Of a stretch of DNA of 32,700 nucleotides, positions 1 to 11,233 are shown piece by piece (position 1 is the first letter of the stretch; each line of letters starts with the position of its first letter). The stretch lies in contig MU271585.1 of NCBI GenBank assembly GCA_021432655.1, positions 1 through 32,700 of the forward strand, written 5' to 3'. The translations under genes were made by a program, and so were the position numbers. The stretch is from Atractiella rhizophila (taxonomy: Eukaryota). The notes under the pieces are model-generated. The model was not told the DNA's origin. It made no database searches and saw nothing but the letters and a program-made list of their open reading frames with translations.

Positions 1-2195
1 TAGTCTGTCCATGGCACGGCGCGAAATTCAATGTCTGTTCTGGTGACATTGAAGACGCACCAGGTGTCGGAAACCTGCACTCCTTCCGCGTTCGTGTTGC
101 CTCCCTCTTAGCGTCCTATCCAGCTCGCTTACCCTTCTAAAGGTGGAGGTGTCCGGAGACGATGTTTACGTCCACGCAGACCCCAACGTGGTAAAATCGA
201 GAATTCGACAACCAAAGCTTCGCTCTTTGAGCAAAGGAGGCCACGGAGTAGTCATCATCGGCGCTGGTGCAGGAGGAGGTCATGCGATTGAAGGATTGAG
301 GGAGGCGGGATACGAGGGCAAGATTACCATTATTGGACAGAAGGAGTGGCCCTCTATTGACAGGACGAAGATTTCGAAAGCTCTAATTACCGATCCGGCA
401 AAGATTATGCTGAGGAAGAACGATTTTTTAGAAGGCGAGTTAGGGGTTACGCTCAAGCTTGGAAAGGTTTGTTCTAATCGTCAGTTCAAGGCCCCAAGAC
501 AATATACTAATGACTTGTGCAGAAAGCAGATGCAATCGACTTTAAGTCGCAGGTGGTAAAAGTAGGAGGAGAGGAGGTCCCATATGATAAGCTCATCGTC
601 GCAACTGGAGGTACACCGAGGGTACGCATGTCCTTCGATTCTGCCCCCCTTCTGAACTTGTTGTATGGTGAAATAGACCCTTCCTCTCCCCGGAGCTTCT
701 CTCTCTAACATTCACGTCTTGCGCGACATCGACGACGCTGTTGCTATCACGAAGGGATTGCCAGCGGACGAGAAGGGGCCGAAGCCTAACTTGGTCATCG
801 TCGTAAGATAACCTCAATCTCGCCTCGCTTCCCTTATTTAGTTGGAGCCCTGATCCTTGATTGATGACGGGCAGGGGAGCTCCTTCATCGGTATGGAGCT
901 TGCAGTCGCTACGGCGCAGAAAGCAACTGTAAAGGTCATTGGCATGGAGAAAGCGCCATTTGAACGGGTTTGTCACCTTTATTACACCTCAATGATGAGG
1001 AACGAAATAATCTCTGCATAGATTTTGGGAGTTGAGGTCGGTAACGCGTTGAGAAAGGTACACTATTTTGGTGTTTTGGACTCAGTCCAGACAGAAGCTG
1101 ATGGTTTTTTTTGTAGGTGCATGAAAGCAAAGGAACGAAATTCTTTATGGAAGCCGGCGTGGATAGGTTCGAAGCTAGTTTGTCCTGCACTCCTTTTCTA
1201 TGAGCTGTACCCACTGAGTGGCACTATAGAACCGAACGACGCAACTAAAGTGGGAGCTGTCGTCCTAAAGTCAGGTGAAAAGATCGAGGCAGACATTGTC
1301 GTATTAGGTGTCGGAGTAGCCCCGGCAACTGAAGTGTTGAAGGCTTCTACGACAAGTGGAGGCGACAGAATCAAGTTTCAGCAGGACGGGAGTGTTGAAG
1401 TCAATGAGAAGCTGGAATTGGTGGGAGTGCAGAATGTATATGCGATTGGTACGTCGCTCTCCTTCCACACTATAGCGGTTTCGAGGGCGATGGCTGATGC
1501 AAACTGAAAGGTGACATCGCGACATATCCTGATCCAGTCTCCGGCGAGTTGAATCGCATTGAGGTGTGTTCTTCCGCTGCATTAACGCTTTGGGCTTGAA
1601 CTGGATGACGCAACAGCACTGGAACGTCGCCTCGAACATGGGACGCTGTGCAGCCTTCAACATCGCCAATCCCAGCGCGGGACAACGATTCGACAAAGTT
1701 CCGGTCTTCTGGTCAGCTCAAGGGCAGCAAGTCAGGTATGCCAATGGATCCAGTCTCGCGAAGAAGTTCGATGGACTCTTTATCGACGGATCGCTTGTTA
1801 GTCCCCCTTTCACTACATCACACAGAAAGGATGACAAGTTGATTCCATTCTTTTTCGGCAAGGATGACATGAAATTCGCTGCTTGGTATACGAAAGGAGA
1901 CGAAGTTGTTGCTCTCTGCACGGTTGGAAGGGATCCAATGGTGCGTTTGCAGCTTTATGAGGGGGTATCAAGTAAAATCTTCTCTAGGTATCTCGAGCGA
2001 GCGAGTTGTTCAAGTTGAGGAAGATGCCGAAAGCAAGCGAGGTTTGTATATTCCTCCATAATAACACGATCGCTAATGTCTTCGCCTCATGTCCAGATCA
2101 AAAGCGGAAAGGCATGTGGTTTCTCTTTGATTGATGGTGACATGAGACTAATACGATTGTTTCTACAGAATATAATGGACATCAAACTGGAGTGA
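1..2195 (+). CDS. Rieske [2Fe-2S] + FAD/NAD(P)H ferredoxin-reductase-type oxidoreductase (AIF-like / AIFM3-type), multi-exon, 5' end outside window
   Basis: First visible exon reads CPWHGAKFNVCSGDIEDAP (Rieske CxxH ligand half). Later exons give VVIIGAGAGG (FAD-binding), YDKLIVATGGTP, VIVGSSFIGMELA (NAD-binding), ADIVVLGVGVAPAT, VYAIGDIA, HWNVA and KVPVFWS. Many short GT-AG introns. Last exon NIMDIKLE* ends at TGA 2193-2195. Confidence 0.9.
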
Positions 2196-2401
2196 AGTTC
2201 GTGAGGTTCAAGGAGAAAGTTGTCAAATTGTACTCAATAACAAACGCAACGCACAGGTTTTATCAACTTCGAATTTCGAATTGCTTCCTATTACCCAACC
2301 AGTTATTCCCCAACTGCCGTAATGCAAAACCTGAGAGGAATCTTAAAGGCCAAGGTGTTGGTCAGAGTCCCCCAACTCATGACCAAAACGATAATCGACT
2401 G

Positions 2402-3708
2402 TCACGCCCCTTGCCTTCGTTTTGGAGGGAAAGAGGAGCTCGCCCTCTTCCTCCTTTGCTGCACCGATGAGAGCGAGGAGAGGGAGAGAAGGGGACTGGC
2501 TCCAGTCGAGGGAAAGTGCGAGAGTGGAGCGGGCATTGTTCGTGAAGTGGGTGATGAGGTTTGTAAGGTCTTGAGCTGGCGGAGTCTGCAGGGAGGGAGC
2601 GTTCCCGCTTGTCCCGATGAGGACAATACCTTGTGACCTATTGTTGGTTAGGAGAAGTCTTCAGCCTTGAGAGCAGAGTGAGGAACGAAGGACGAACCTG
2701 TATTGTGAAAGACATTCCCCCATCCGGAGGAGCGATTTAGGGTTGGTGTGAGGCGAGATAAAGGCATGGACTGTGGGAAGATGGGGATGCTTTTTGTCAT
2801 ACGACAGAATATCCTCTATTGGCTTGGAACTGGATGCACGAGTGCCTTCAACGACATTTGTCAGACGTGGTTTAAACGGAAGAGAAAGCTGAAATGATCA
2901 CTTTTGATGGTTGTGCTTGGGATGTTGCACTTTTGCAGCGTGTAGTAAACGTCTTCGGATTGCAAAATGTTGGAGCCGAGAACAGTTTCGTAGTTGCTTC
3001 CTCTGCAAACCAACGTTACCTCGCTTAGGCTGAGGAGGAAAGGTGATGACGTACGTCGTTGCAGAGTCCATCGCAACTTGAACAACTTCTTGACCAAGGT
3101 TGGTACTATATCCCTACATGAGCCGAGAACGAAATCGTTGCAGAATCACACGCACTCTGCTAAATGGAGCGCAATGATCCCGTTCAGCCCATTCAAGCTA
3201 CCAATCTCATCCCCAATCTTCTTCCAAGCAGCTTTATTCTCGTTTGACGGCACTTCCGCTTCCATCCACAAGTCACTTGCTTTCCCAAAATCACAAAACG
3301 GAATAAAATGCTCACAAGAGGTTATAAAATATAACGGCATCCGATGCTCATTCTTCTGCGCTTCCTTTTTCGGACTTGTCAAAACCACCGCATCCTTCCC
3401 AAATATGGACTCCTCCTCTTTCTTCCCCACCCGTGGTGGTTTGATGGATACGAGCGAGTCGCCGCTTATGGCTGAGAGGGGATCATGGTTTTCTACAATG
3501 GGGATTCTGTCCTGGAGACTTTCAAGCCACACGGTGTCAGCACACTGTTTCTGTCATCTGGAACAGGACGAGGCACGTACCGTTTGGCAGCCAACCAAGT
3601 GGCGTCCTGTTTTGTGGTTCGTAGGGTAAATAGAGAGGGCAGGACAAAGGAGAGAGCTCCGAAGAGGAGACCAAGCAGGACGAGGCGTGAATCTATCCCA
3701 AATGCCAT
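2402..3708 (-). CDS. Hypothetical multi-exon protein with N-terminal signal/anchor helix; 3' end uncertain (about 2300-2400)
   Basis: ATG at 3708 gives MAFGIDSRLVLLGLLFGALSFVLPSLF. A GTACGT..AG intron joins it in frame to ORF 3146..3532, and further GT-AG introns extend it (GYSTNLGQEVVQVAMDSATTGSNYETVLG). No family recognised; the frame of the last exon is ambiguous. Confidence 0.55.
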
Positions 3709-4195
3709 GGTCGTTTGGGAACAGGGAACAGAACATTGTGTGAAATCACGTGCTTCGCAACAACGCGTCGCGACGCCTTCGCTTCTGAGGAATAGGATTT
3801 TGGCGTAAGTTAGACGGTTCTTGGACCCAATCAGTATTGATCGATATTGCATTTTCAGGCAGCTGATAACTCCCTGGACAGCTGCAAATGGACCGCCCCT
3901 AAGCCGCAAAAATGCGCGGTAATTGAAAGGAATTGGAAAGAACTCAACTCAATCTCCCTTTGTGCCTGTCAAACGACCCCCAGCGGCCGCCTTGTCACCA
4001 AAATCAGCACCTGAATCTGTCCAACTCTCAAAAAAAAAGGGTCAAAGCCAAGGGCAAAACCGTGGGCCGCCAAACAAAACCCCCCAAACAAAAAAACCTC
4101 AAAGAATCCCCCCCCCAAGCAAACAAGGCCAAAACCAACAACATCAAATTTGGGTATCGAGAGAACTCTCAGGTTTGTAGCTAAAAGAGGTCAAC

Positions 4196-5254
4196 TTGGA
4201 CGACATGGCATACGCAGCGAGCTTTCCCCCAACCAAAGCCTCGTTCGACATCCACCAATCCTTTCGAGGTCTCTCCCTCCACGGTGAGACCGAACTATTT
4301 CCAGATTCAAGCGGGAGCTCGAGTGGAAGTATTCGGGCTATGGACTCAGACACCATTCAAACCAACAACAGGAGAGGCCTTGGGAAGGGGAAGGAAGTGG
4401 AACAGTACGAGTCTGAGGAAGGAGAATGTGAGGATCCGCGCACCAACCTCGACATGGATTTCGACGACCTCTTTCCGCTCCCCGAACCCGCCTCTTTCGA
4501 CCGGAAGGACATACTGGGATACCGCTACCTCGTGCGAGTGGAAGCTCTCGAATCCTTCGTCCGTCTGAACAGTATTGTCGACTACCTCTCCTCCCATCTA
4601 TCGGACCAGCATAAGCTCGTTCAAAGGTATCTGTCCAGCTATGGGAAGGATGTGGAGACTATCGAACTTGTGAAGAGATGGAGTGACGCGTTAATGACCA
4701 TCTCCATTGCTAGACATAAGAATCCTCAATACATGGACGAGCTCACTTCCCAACTCGTAGCCTGTCGAGAGCGTCTGGTGCGTTTCGTCAACTTCACACT
4801 CGAGACGATGCCGTCCGAATTACCTCCAGAGCTTCCATTTGAAGCCGAAGAGAGCGAGGGAGAGGAGGACGACACGCTATTCGATAGAGCTTTCTATCTC
4901 CTCGAGAAGTATCTGAGACTGGCGAATTCGGAGGAGAGAGAGGATTGGGAGGAGGTGTGGGACCTCGCTCTGAGGTTAGAGGGCGCGCATCGAGAGTTAC
5001 AGTTCCTGCGAAATCTGTGTGTGGAGGCGGAGAGGGACGATGTGGAGCTTCAATCCCTTGTGCGCGATCTGAACGTAGGGGGAGACACAAAAGAGGAGCT
5101 GGAGAGGGCGGCGAGCGAATTAGGAAAGGAGAAAGCGATGAGGTGGTTGTTGGGAGATTATGAGCAGAGGAGACGACAGAGTTTGGTCGGTGTCGTAAGC
5201 CTGTGGAAGAAAGCGAGGGAAGAGGAGGAGGAGGAGAGGAAGCTGTATCATTAG
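4196..5254 (+). CDS. Hypothetical acidic, helical/coiled-coil protein (may extend upstream to 3923)
   Basis: Uninterrupted 352-codon ORF with protein-like composition; first ATG at 4205. No recognisable domain. Confidence 0.7.
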   Translation: MDDMAYAASFPPTKASFDIHQSFRGLSLHGETELFPDSSGSSSGSIRAMDSDTIQTNNRRGLGKGKEVEQYESEEGECEDPRTNLDMDFDDLFPLPEPASFDRKDILGYRYLVRVEALESFVRLNSIVDYLSSHLSDQHKLVQRYLSSYGKDVETIELVKRWSDALMTISIARHKNPQYMDELTSQLVACRERLVRFVNFTLETMPSELPPELPFEAEESEGEEDDTLFDRAFYLLEKYLRLANSEEREDWEEVWDLALRLEGAHRELQFLRNLCVEAERDDVELQSLVRDLNVGGDTKEELERAASELGKEKAMRWLLGDYEQRRRQSLVGVVSLWKKAREEEEEERKLYH

Positions 5255-5946
5255 TGGAAGGAGACGCAAGAGGGAGAGGGTGCCAGGGTCTAAAAGTCAG
5301 CCTTTTTTCTCTTCTGAGTCCTGAAGTTGACAGTCCCGTAATCAGTTTTCCATTCAGTGCTGGGCGTACTGCCTGAATCTCTCCTGCTGGTTCGGAATGT
5401 TCGGGCTCGGGATCAGGGAATTAGGGATAACATAAATGTTCGTGTTTGTCGTGTACTATCGACCGCTGCAGGTTTTCAGGAATGGTCTTCGGAAGGATTG
5501 GTTTGATTAATTTGGATTCTGATTGGTTTTGTGTCTTGTCTGGTCTTGTCTGGTCTGGATAGTGTATAACGATATGAACACAACGAAGAATAACGAACAC
5601 AAAATAATCCTTCATCATACCAGTCAGCATCATTAACCGAGAGTAACTAAGGAGGAACGAACCGAGAAATGCTCTTCCATGTATGCGCGCATTCCATACA
5701 GAACTTGGAACATGAAACCAAGAGACCAGAAACACAAGTCCGAATCGAAGAAATAAAGAAAGAGTGACAATCTCCCGTATCGTCCATCATTACCACCGAA
5801 ACTCAGAGAACCAAACATCCAGAATACCGAGGCACTCGAAAAGAAACCAGGGGAGTGGAGTGGAGAGGGCAAGAACTAAACTCACAAAACTGACGCCAAG
5901 GCATCGCTCAAAAACTCAGCGGTACTCAACCTTTACGATTGATGAA

Positions 5947-6945
5947 TCAAGAGATGGTACAGTCCTCATCGTCCCGCTGTGGTCCTCTTGAACCGCGCGA
6001 TTTCCGCCCGTCAATGTCCAAGTCCCTCGCCCACGTGAAATCGTTCGACGGAGCGTCGGAGTCGAGTTGTACGATGACCACACCAGCATTGTGAGGATCT
6101 GGATAAGGACGTAAGCGCTCCTTTTGCATCAGCTCCATCACGGCTGGTTTGATCTTTTGGACGTGATTTGCGGAGTGGATGCCTTTGCCTGCAGTTTCAC
6201 AAAGCCATTATTAGCTCAGAGGATCCGAAAGGAGGGAGGAACTTGACTTACCGACAATCAATCGTATCTCAGGGTAGCCCTTCTCCTTCCCTTCCTTAAC
6301 CGCCAGCTCTGTATAATGCACTGCTTCCTGAACGAAAAGGCCATGCAGATCTGTCGTTCCAGGTGGTGACGACTTATTGTTCTCGTGAAATATCCAGTCC
6401 GAAGCTCTGCTGTTAATTTCGTCTCGCCGCACTTGATGTTTATGACCTTGTTCTGAGAGCGCTTTAGCCTTCGCTCCATCACCGGACTCATATGCCGCAT
6501 GCGCATCGTCGAAACATTGAGACATTAGTTGAGATTCGTGAATAGCTTCGTTACGAAGACCGGTGTAATACGAGGAAGACTTGGAGATGGACTCGGGTGA
6601 GGCATCGTGAAACTGGCCAACATGCGTCGAATGACCTTCCAAAACAAATCACAACACATTCACTTCCCAGCAGTAAGAGAATGAAAAGAAAAGCGTACCT
6701 TGAAAGGGCTGCTGTCCTGTCCCTGCAGCTCCACCATGCGCACCTGTCGGTTGATAGCTGTCCTTCGGTGGTGGCTTTCCTTCGGCATGTGACCAAGCGC
6801 CTTGACCTGGAGGAGGTGGATACGAGCTCTGATACTCGTGTGGCGGTCGTGGAGGCCTATACTCTGATGTCTCTGGCTGCTGCTGAGCCTGTTGTTGTTG
6901 CTGACGCCTCCAAAACTTGATGAGCTTCTTAATGCTATTCCACAT
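5947..6945 (-). CDS. DUF1771 + Smr (small MutS-related) domain protein, 3 exons
   Basis: Introns 6636..6698 and 6189..6251 join the frames. DUF1771-like AHAAYESGDGAKAKALSEQGHKH, then Smr motifs TDLHGLFVQEA, RLIVGKGIHSANHVQKIKPAV and NAGVVIVQL. Ends CTIS*. Confidence 0.9.
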
Positions 6946-9433
6946 CCAATGGCATCAGCTTGCAACTCCGTTTCAGAAGACAAGACAGCATACGCCCGTA
7001 TTATCTGTTCGATGTTGACCATCCTGCCGTCGTTGGCTACGTGTGCGAAAGAAGGACAGCTCGGCGGGTGTGGAGCAGAAGGTGAGGTCGTGGTTTGGAG
7101 ACGGGAACAAAAGAATAAAGTCGGACCAGAACCAGAGAGCGACCAGATCGCAAACCAAGCGATCGCTAGCTTTCTACTCCCCCTTCTTATATAACAGCCA
7201 ATAAATAGTGCTCGGCCAGCAGTAGGACTCTCGTGAGCTGGATGGGAAAAATTCCAGCTGGAGAGCCACGTGTGATTGCATTTGGCTCAAATTCGCTTAC
7301 GTAGGGCTGGAAAACGTGGAGGAGCGGGGCTGTTGACGCACGGAAGTCTTGAGTGGCAAGGAAGTAAGCATGCTCATGTCACGATAATGTTCAGATAGGT
7401 CGTAGTGATGAGGGATGAGACAGCGAGGTTGCCTTGATCATTTACTCATTCCTCAAGATTACGTCCTCAGAAAAATCCTACTTCTTAGCAGTTAAGCTGG
7501 CTGAGGACCTTTAATCGGTCACTTTACTTCTAGAGCTGGGGGAAGTCCAGCTTATCTGGTCGATATTCTCCGCGACCTGCCGTTTAGCAAAGATTGGGAA
7601 GGAAAGGAAGTGGATGTAGCAACTTTCCACTTGATTCTCGCTTTTACCACCCTTCCATCTCATTTCTTTCACCCATGCGTGAATTGTATGTTCCCCAAGT
7701 CCGGACACTGGTTAGGTGTGGCTATCCTTTATGTCGCCTCTTTGACTTTCCAAAAACCTCTTTACATCTGTTCATCATCTTTCCCCGAATAATCGAAGTC
7801 ATCTGTATAACTGGCGCCGCGCCTCAAGCTCTGGTATTTTTGCACTCAAGGTATTCGATCTATGATATCAAAGCGGTTCTTGGTTCGCCGTCATGAAGTA
7901 TTTGATCGATTGGATCAGGGGTTCTTTGAAGCTCAGCGTGGGCAAAGAATTACATTCCATCTGGTACCGAGGCTCATGAACAGTTCCTTTTTGCCAGATT
8001 TAATTGTCGCCTCTCTCTCCCTCATCTAACTCCAAGTTATCGTATGGCCCAAAAAACGTTATCGAACAAAGTATAGTGCTTGCTTTGATAAGTCGATTGT
8101 GGTTTGTAAAACGTCTCCATTTCGGACCCAGCATCTATCCATTCCCACACATACTGGACTGAGCAAGCTTGTTACATCTTGCCTATGCGGTGAACGTTGA
8201 CGGCTTCGTCTAATCAACCAAATCAGGAACCGAAAGGATTACATGCTCCTTTTGCGAGTAGAGAATCCCTACAGAAGGTGGAATCACTAGATAGAGGAGA
8301 ATTTGGGCGACAGGGACCAGTGAAACTGAGATAGGTGGAATCAAGGCGTAGAAATGGCAAGCCATTTGACAATAAAGCAGATTAGCTATGTGCAAATTAT
8401 CCCTATTACATCATAACGACATTCAGCTCTCGGTGGAAAGTAATGGTGTGGTTAGTAACGCACTCAAGAAGGAAGAAACCAAGGCAAGGGAACCATGGCC
8501 GCTAGACACCCGGCATCGTTCTTCTTCCAGAAACTATGCAGAGTCAGGTATACGATTTGATGTTTCTCCCCAAATCGCAAGCAAGTTTGGAGAAATCACC
8601 CCGGAAATCAGATATAAGCCCTCGCTTCGGCAGACTGCGACAATAACCTGAGCTGAATATGATTCATGATTGCGCTAGTTAAAGGTTCGCTCCATGAACT
8701 TGGTCAACCTTCTGGCTGTGGGATAAATGTAGAATTCTGAAAGTGGAGTTATTAACCCGAACATATCGGGTCACTCAACAACTCGGTAAATTCCTTGTGC
8801 GATCACAGCTTACATAGTTCAGTAGCGCTGTGGAGAGTAGACGAGGGAGGAAATTTGATAGATCATGAGACGACCTTAATTGCATGGCATAACGAAATCG
8901 AAACAACAGAATCTGCATATCTCCTCCTGGCTCAGCTAATCTCTCCCACGACTTCGTTCATCGGTTCTATAACGTAAGGCAATCTCAACAACCCATTCTG
9001 CCAACAAAGCAAGGGGACCACGGACCTTCACGAAACCGATGGCAGCAGACTTCTCCCGAAAACACTGTCTGCACAAGTCTAGACCATACTTCCTAACTAA
9101 ACCAGCTTGATGCGAGCAAAGGCGGCATGCCCTGCTTCCCTTTCCGTACTTCCTAGGGCGGCTGAACCAAACCTATTCCCATGACATGCACCTCAGTGAA
9201 CAATTAAGGCGGATCATCGGAGGCTGACGCTTTGATGGGTCATTCTGTGAGAAAATCAGTATCGCCGTGCTTGCATAAATAAAGGGCGTACTTTGTAGAA
9301 GATAAAGAGAATACTTAGCTCTGAACCGAAGGAAGCGCCAAAGGTGGTGAAAGGTAGAAGTGGTGGCTTTTGTTTTTTTGGCGGGATCAAAGCTTACCAT
9401 CCTTGCTGATTGGCTTCTTGATTTTCGACGACA

Positions 9434-9462
9434 GCTTTTACTTTCTTCTCCATCTTTTCCCT
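9434..9462 (+). promoter_or_regulatory. Pyrimidine tract just upstream of the RPS8 ATG (likely initiation region / 5' UTR)
   Basis: CTTTTACTTTCTTCTCCATCTTTTCCCT lies about 15 nt before the ATG, as is typical of highly expressed fungal genes. Function is inferred. Confidence 0.3.
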
Positions 9463-9476
9463 AAGGTAAAGGCAGG

Positions 9477-10687
9477 ATGGGTATGTATATTCCTGCTATT
9501 ACAGACGTACGATGCTAACAGAATGGTGAAGGTATCACTAGGGACTCTCGGTTCGTATTCACCTCAGATTGTTGGCTCGGTTCTGATGGTCAACCCCTTC
9601 CCTATTCAACCTCCCGTCCTCAAAATCTATTATATTTTAACGTGTCACTGTTTCTGTCGTGCTGCGATGCATCTCTATTGTAATTTGGGATAATCCTGCA
9701 GTCGTGAGTATTTCATTTGCTGGGAGCAAGTTGGGCGAGGCCGTCACATATGATGATCTTTACTTCTTCTCTCCCCGTCTTATCGACCTTGAGGAGACAT
9801 TCAGAGAACTCCGGGCCGTCAAAAGCTCGGAGGTGGGACTTAGGTCCTATAAGCCAATTTTCTGGACTGATGTTCGACCTCGCCCACTTGCTCAAGTGAC
9901 TGATGATGAGAGCATACATTGACGATCTGTTCATCGGATAGACAAGCGCTCCGCTTCTGGAGCTAAACGCCCTCAATATCGCAAGAAGCGAAAGTTCGAG
10001 CTGGGACGTCAACCCGCTATGACCAAACTGGGAGCGAAGAGAATCCGAACCGTTCGCACTCGTGGTGGTAACACTAAGTACCGAGCACTTCGTCTCGAGT
10101 CCGGAAATTATGCTTGGGGATCTGAAAACGTGACGAAGAAGACAAGGATCATCGGTGTCGTTTACAACGCCTCCAACAACGAGTTGGTCAGGACCAACAC
10201 CCTGGTCAAGGGTTCCATCATCCAGATCGACGCTGCTCCTTTCAAACAGTGGTACGAGAGCCACTATGCTGTTCCGGTCGTCAAGAAGGGTGCCAAGGTT
10301 CGTTTTCCTACACTCAACCCCCCAAAAAATACAAATGTGGGATGTGGGATATAGGCAAAGGAGGCTGCCGATGCCGCCGCTGCTGAGGCTGACAAGAAGC
10401 GCTCGAATCATGCCACCCGTGAATTGGAGGCGAGGAAGAAGGAGGCGAAGATTGAGCCTGCGATTGAGGGTCAGTTCCAGGCTGGTCGTCTCTATGCTGC
10501 CATCAGCTCGAGACCCGGGCAAAGCGGACGATGCGATGGTTATATTCTGGAGGTGCGTTTACCTCAAAGCTCCTCTTACACTCCCAATCTTCTGCTTCTG
10601 AGATGCTGATGAAATTGGCTTTAGGGCAAGGAACTTGAGTTCTACCTCCGAAGGCTCCGAGCCACAAAATCGAAACACGCGGCCTAA
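9477..10687 (+). CDS. RPS8: 40S ribosomal protein S8 (eS8); exons 9477-9480, 9532-9550, 9702-9703, 9942-10297, 10355-10552, 10625-10687
   Basis: Spliced product [80 protein letters not shown] matches the highly conserved eS8 sequence. All introns are GT-AG. Confidence 0.97.
9746..9874 (+). ncRNA. Intronic box C/D snoRNA in RPS8 intron 3
   Basis: Box C ATGATGA 9750-9756, box D CTGA 9867-9870, ACA/TGT terminal stem. Flanking inverted repeat 9724-9743 / 9875-9893. GACATTCAGAG (9796-9806) is complementary to conserved LSU rRNA CUCUGAAUGUC. The host intron (238 nt) is much longer than its neighbours. Confidence 0.8.
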
Positions 10688-11233
10688 TCTTTGTGTGCTT
10701 CGTCTTCTCCCTTCCCCGTCGTTGTTTTTGGGGTTCACCCATCACCATGTCTCACTTATGCCTTTTTCTCTCAATGCAAACTTCTATGATCCCATCTCAA
10801 CTGGCCAACTGGAGAAAGAATAACATGCTTGCATGAACGAGGAACCTGCTTTGCTACATATCGACGGTCATTAAGCGAAGATTAACCAGAGCAAAACAAG
10901 GGAACTATTTAAATGTAGTTAGATAAGAAATCGTTCGAAACAACTTGGATCGTGAAGCTATAAAAGAGTAAATGATGTTGACATAATATCCATTCCCCTT
11001 CCTTGAGGATATGGCGAAGACGATGCGCATTATGACACTTCCACAAAGAAACACTGACAGCTTCAGTCTCAACGACGACGACGAGAACAGTATAAAAACG
11101 AATCCCGAACCCAGAACTGATGTACTACTGTAGGCGAGGGTGGTTAACACAACAGCTCAAAGGTCCATAAAATATACCCATCCACCCTCCAAGTAAACAG
11201 ATCAAGGAACAAACCACCACTTGATTTCGACTC

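Noticed and set aside
2994..3629. 211-aa plus-strand ORF
   Set aside because: Antisense shadow of the spliced minus-strand gene, with no protein-like motif.
7200..9400. 2.2-kb gap with short hydrophobic ORF fragments (e.g. 8210..8395 minus); possible decayed membrane-protein gene
   Set aside because: No consistent exon chain or recognisable motif could be built; treated as intergenic.
9854..9861. CCAATTTT upstream of box D, complementary to U6 snRNA AAAAUUGG
   Set aside because: Only 8 nt and not covering the D+5 position; too weak to assign a target.
9713..10522. 269-aa minus-strand ORF
   Set aside because: Antisense to RPS8, as expected from strong codon bias.
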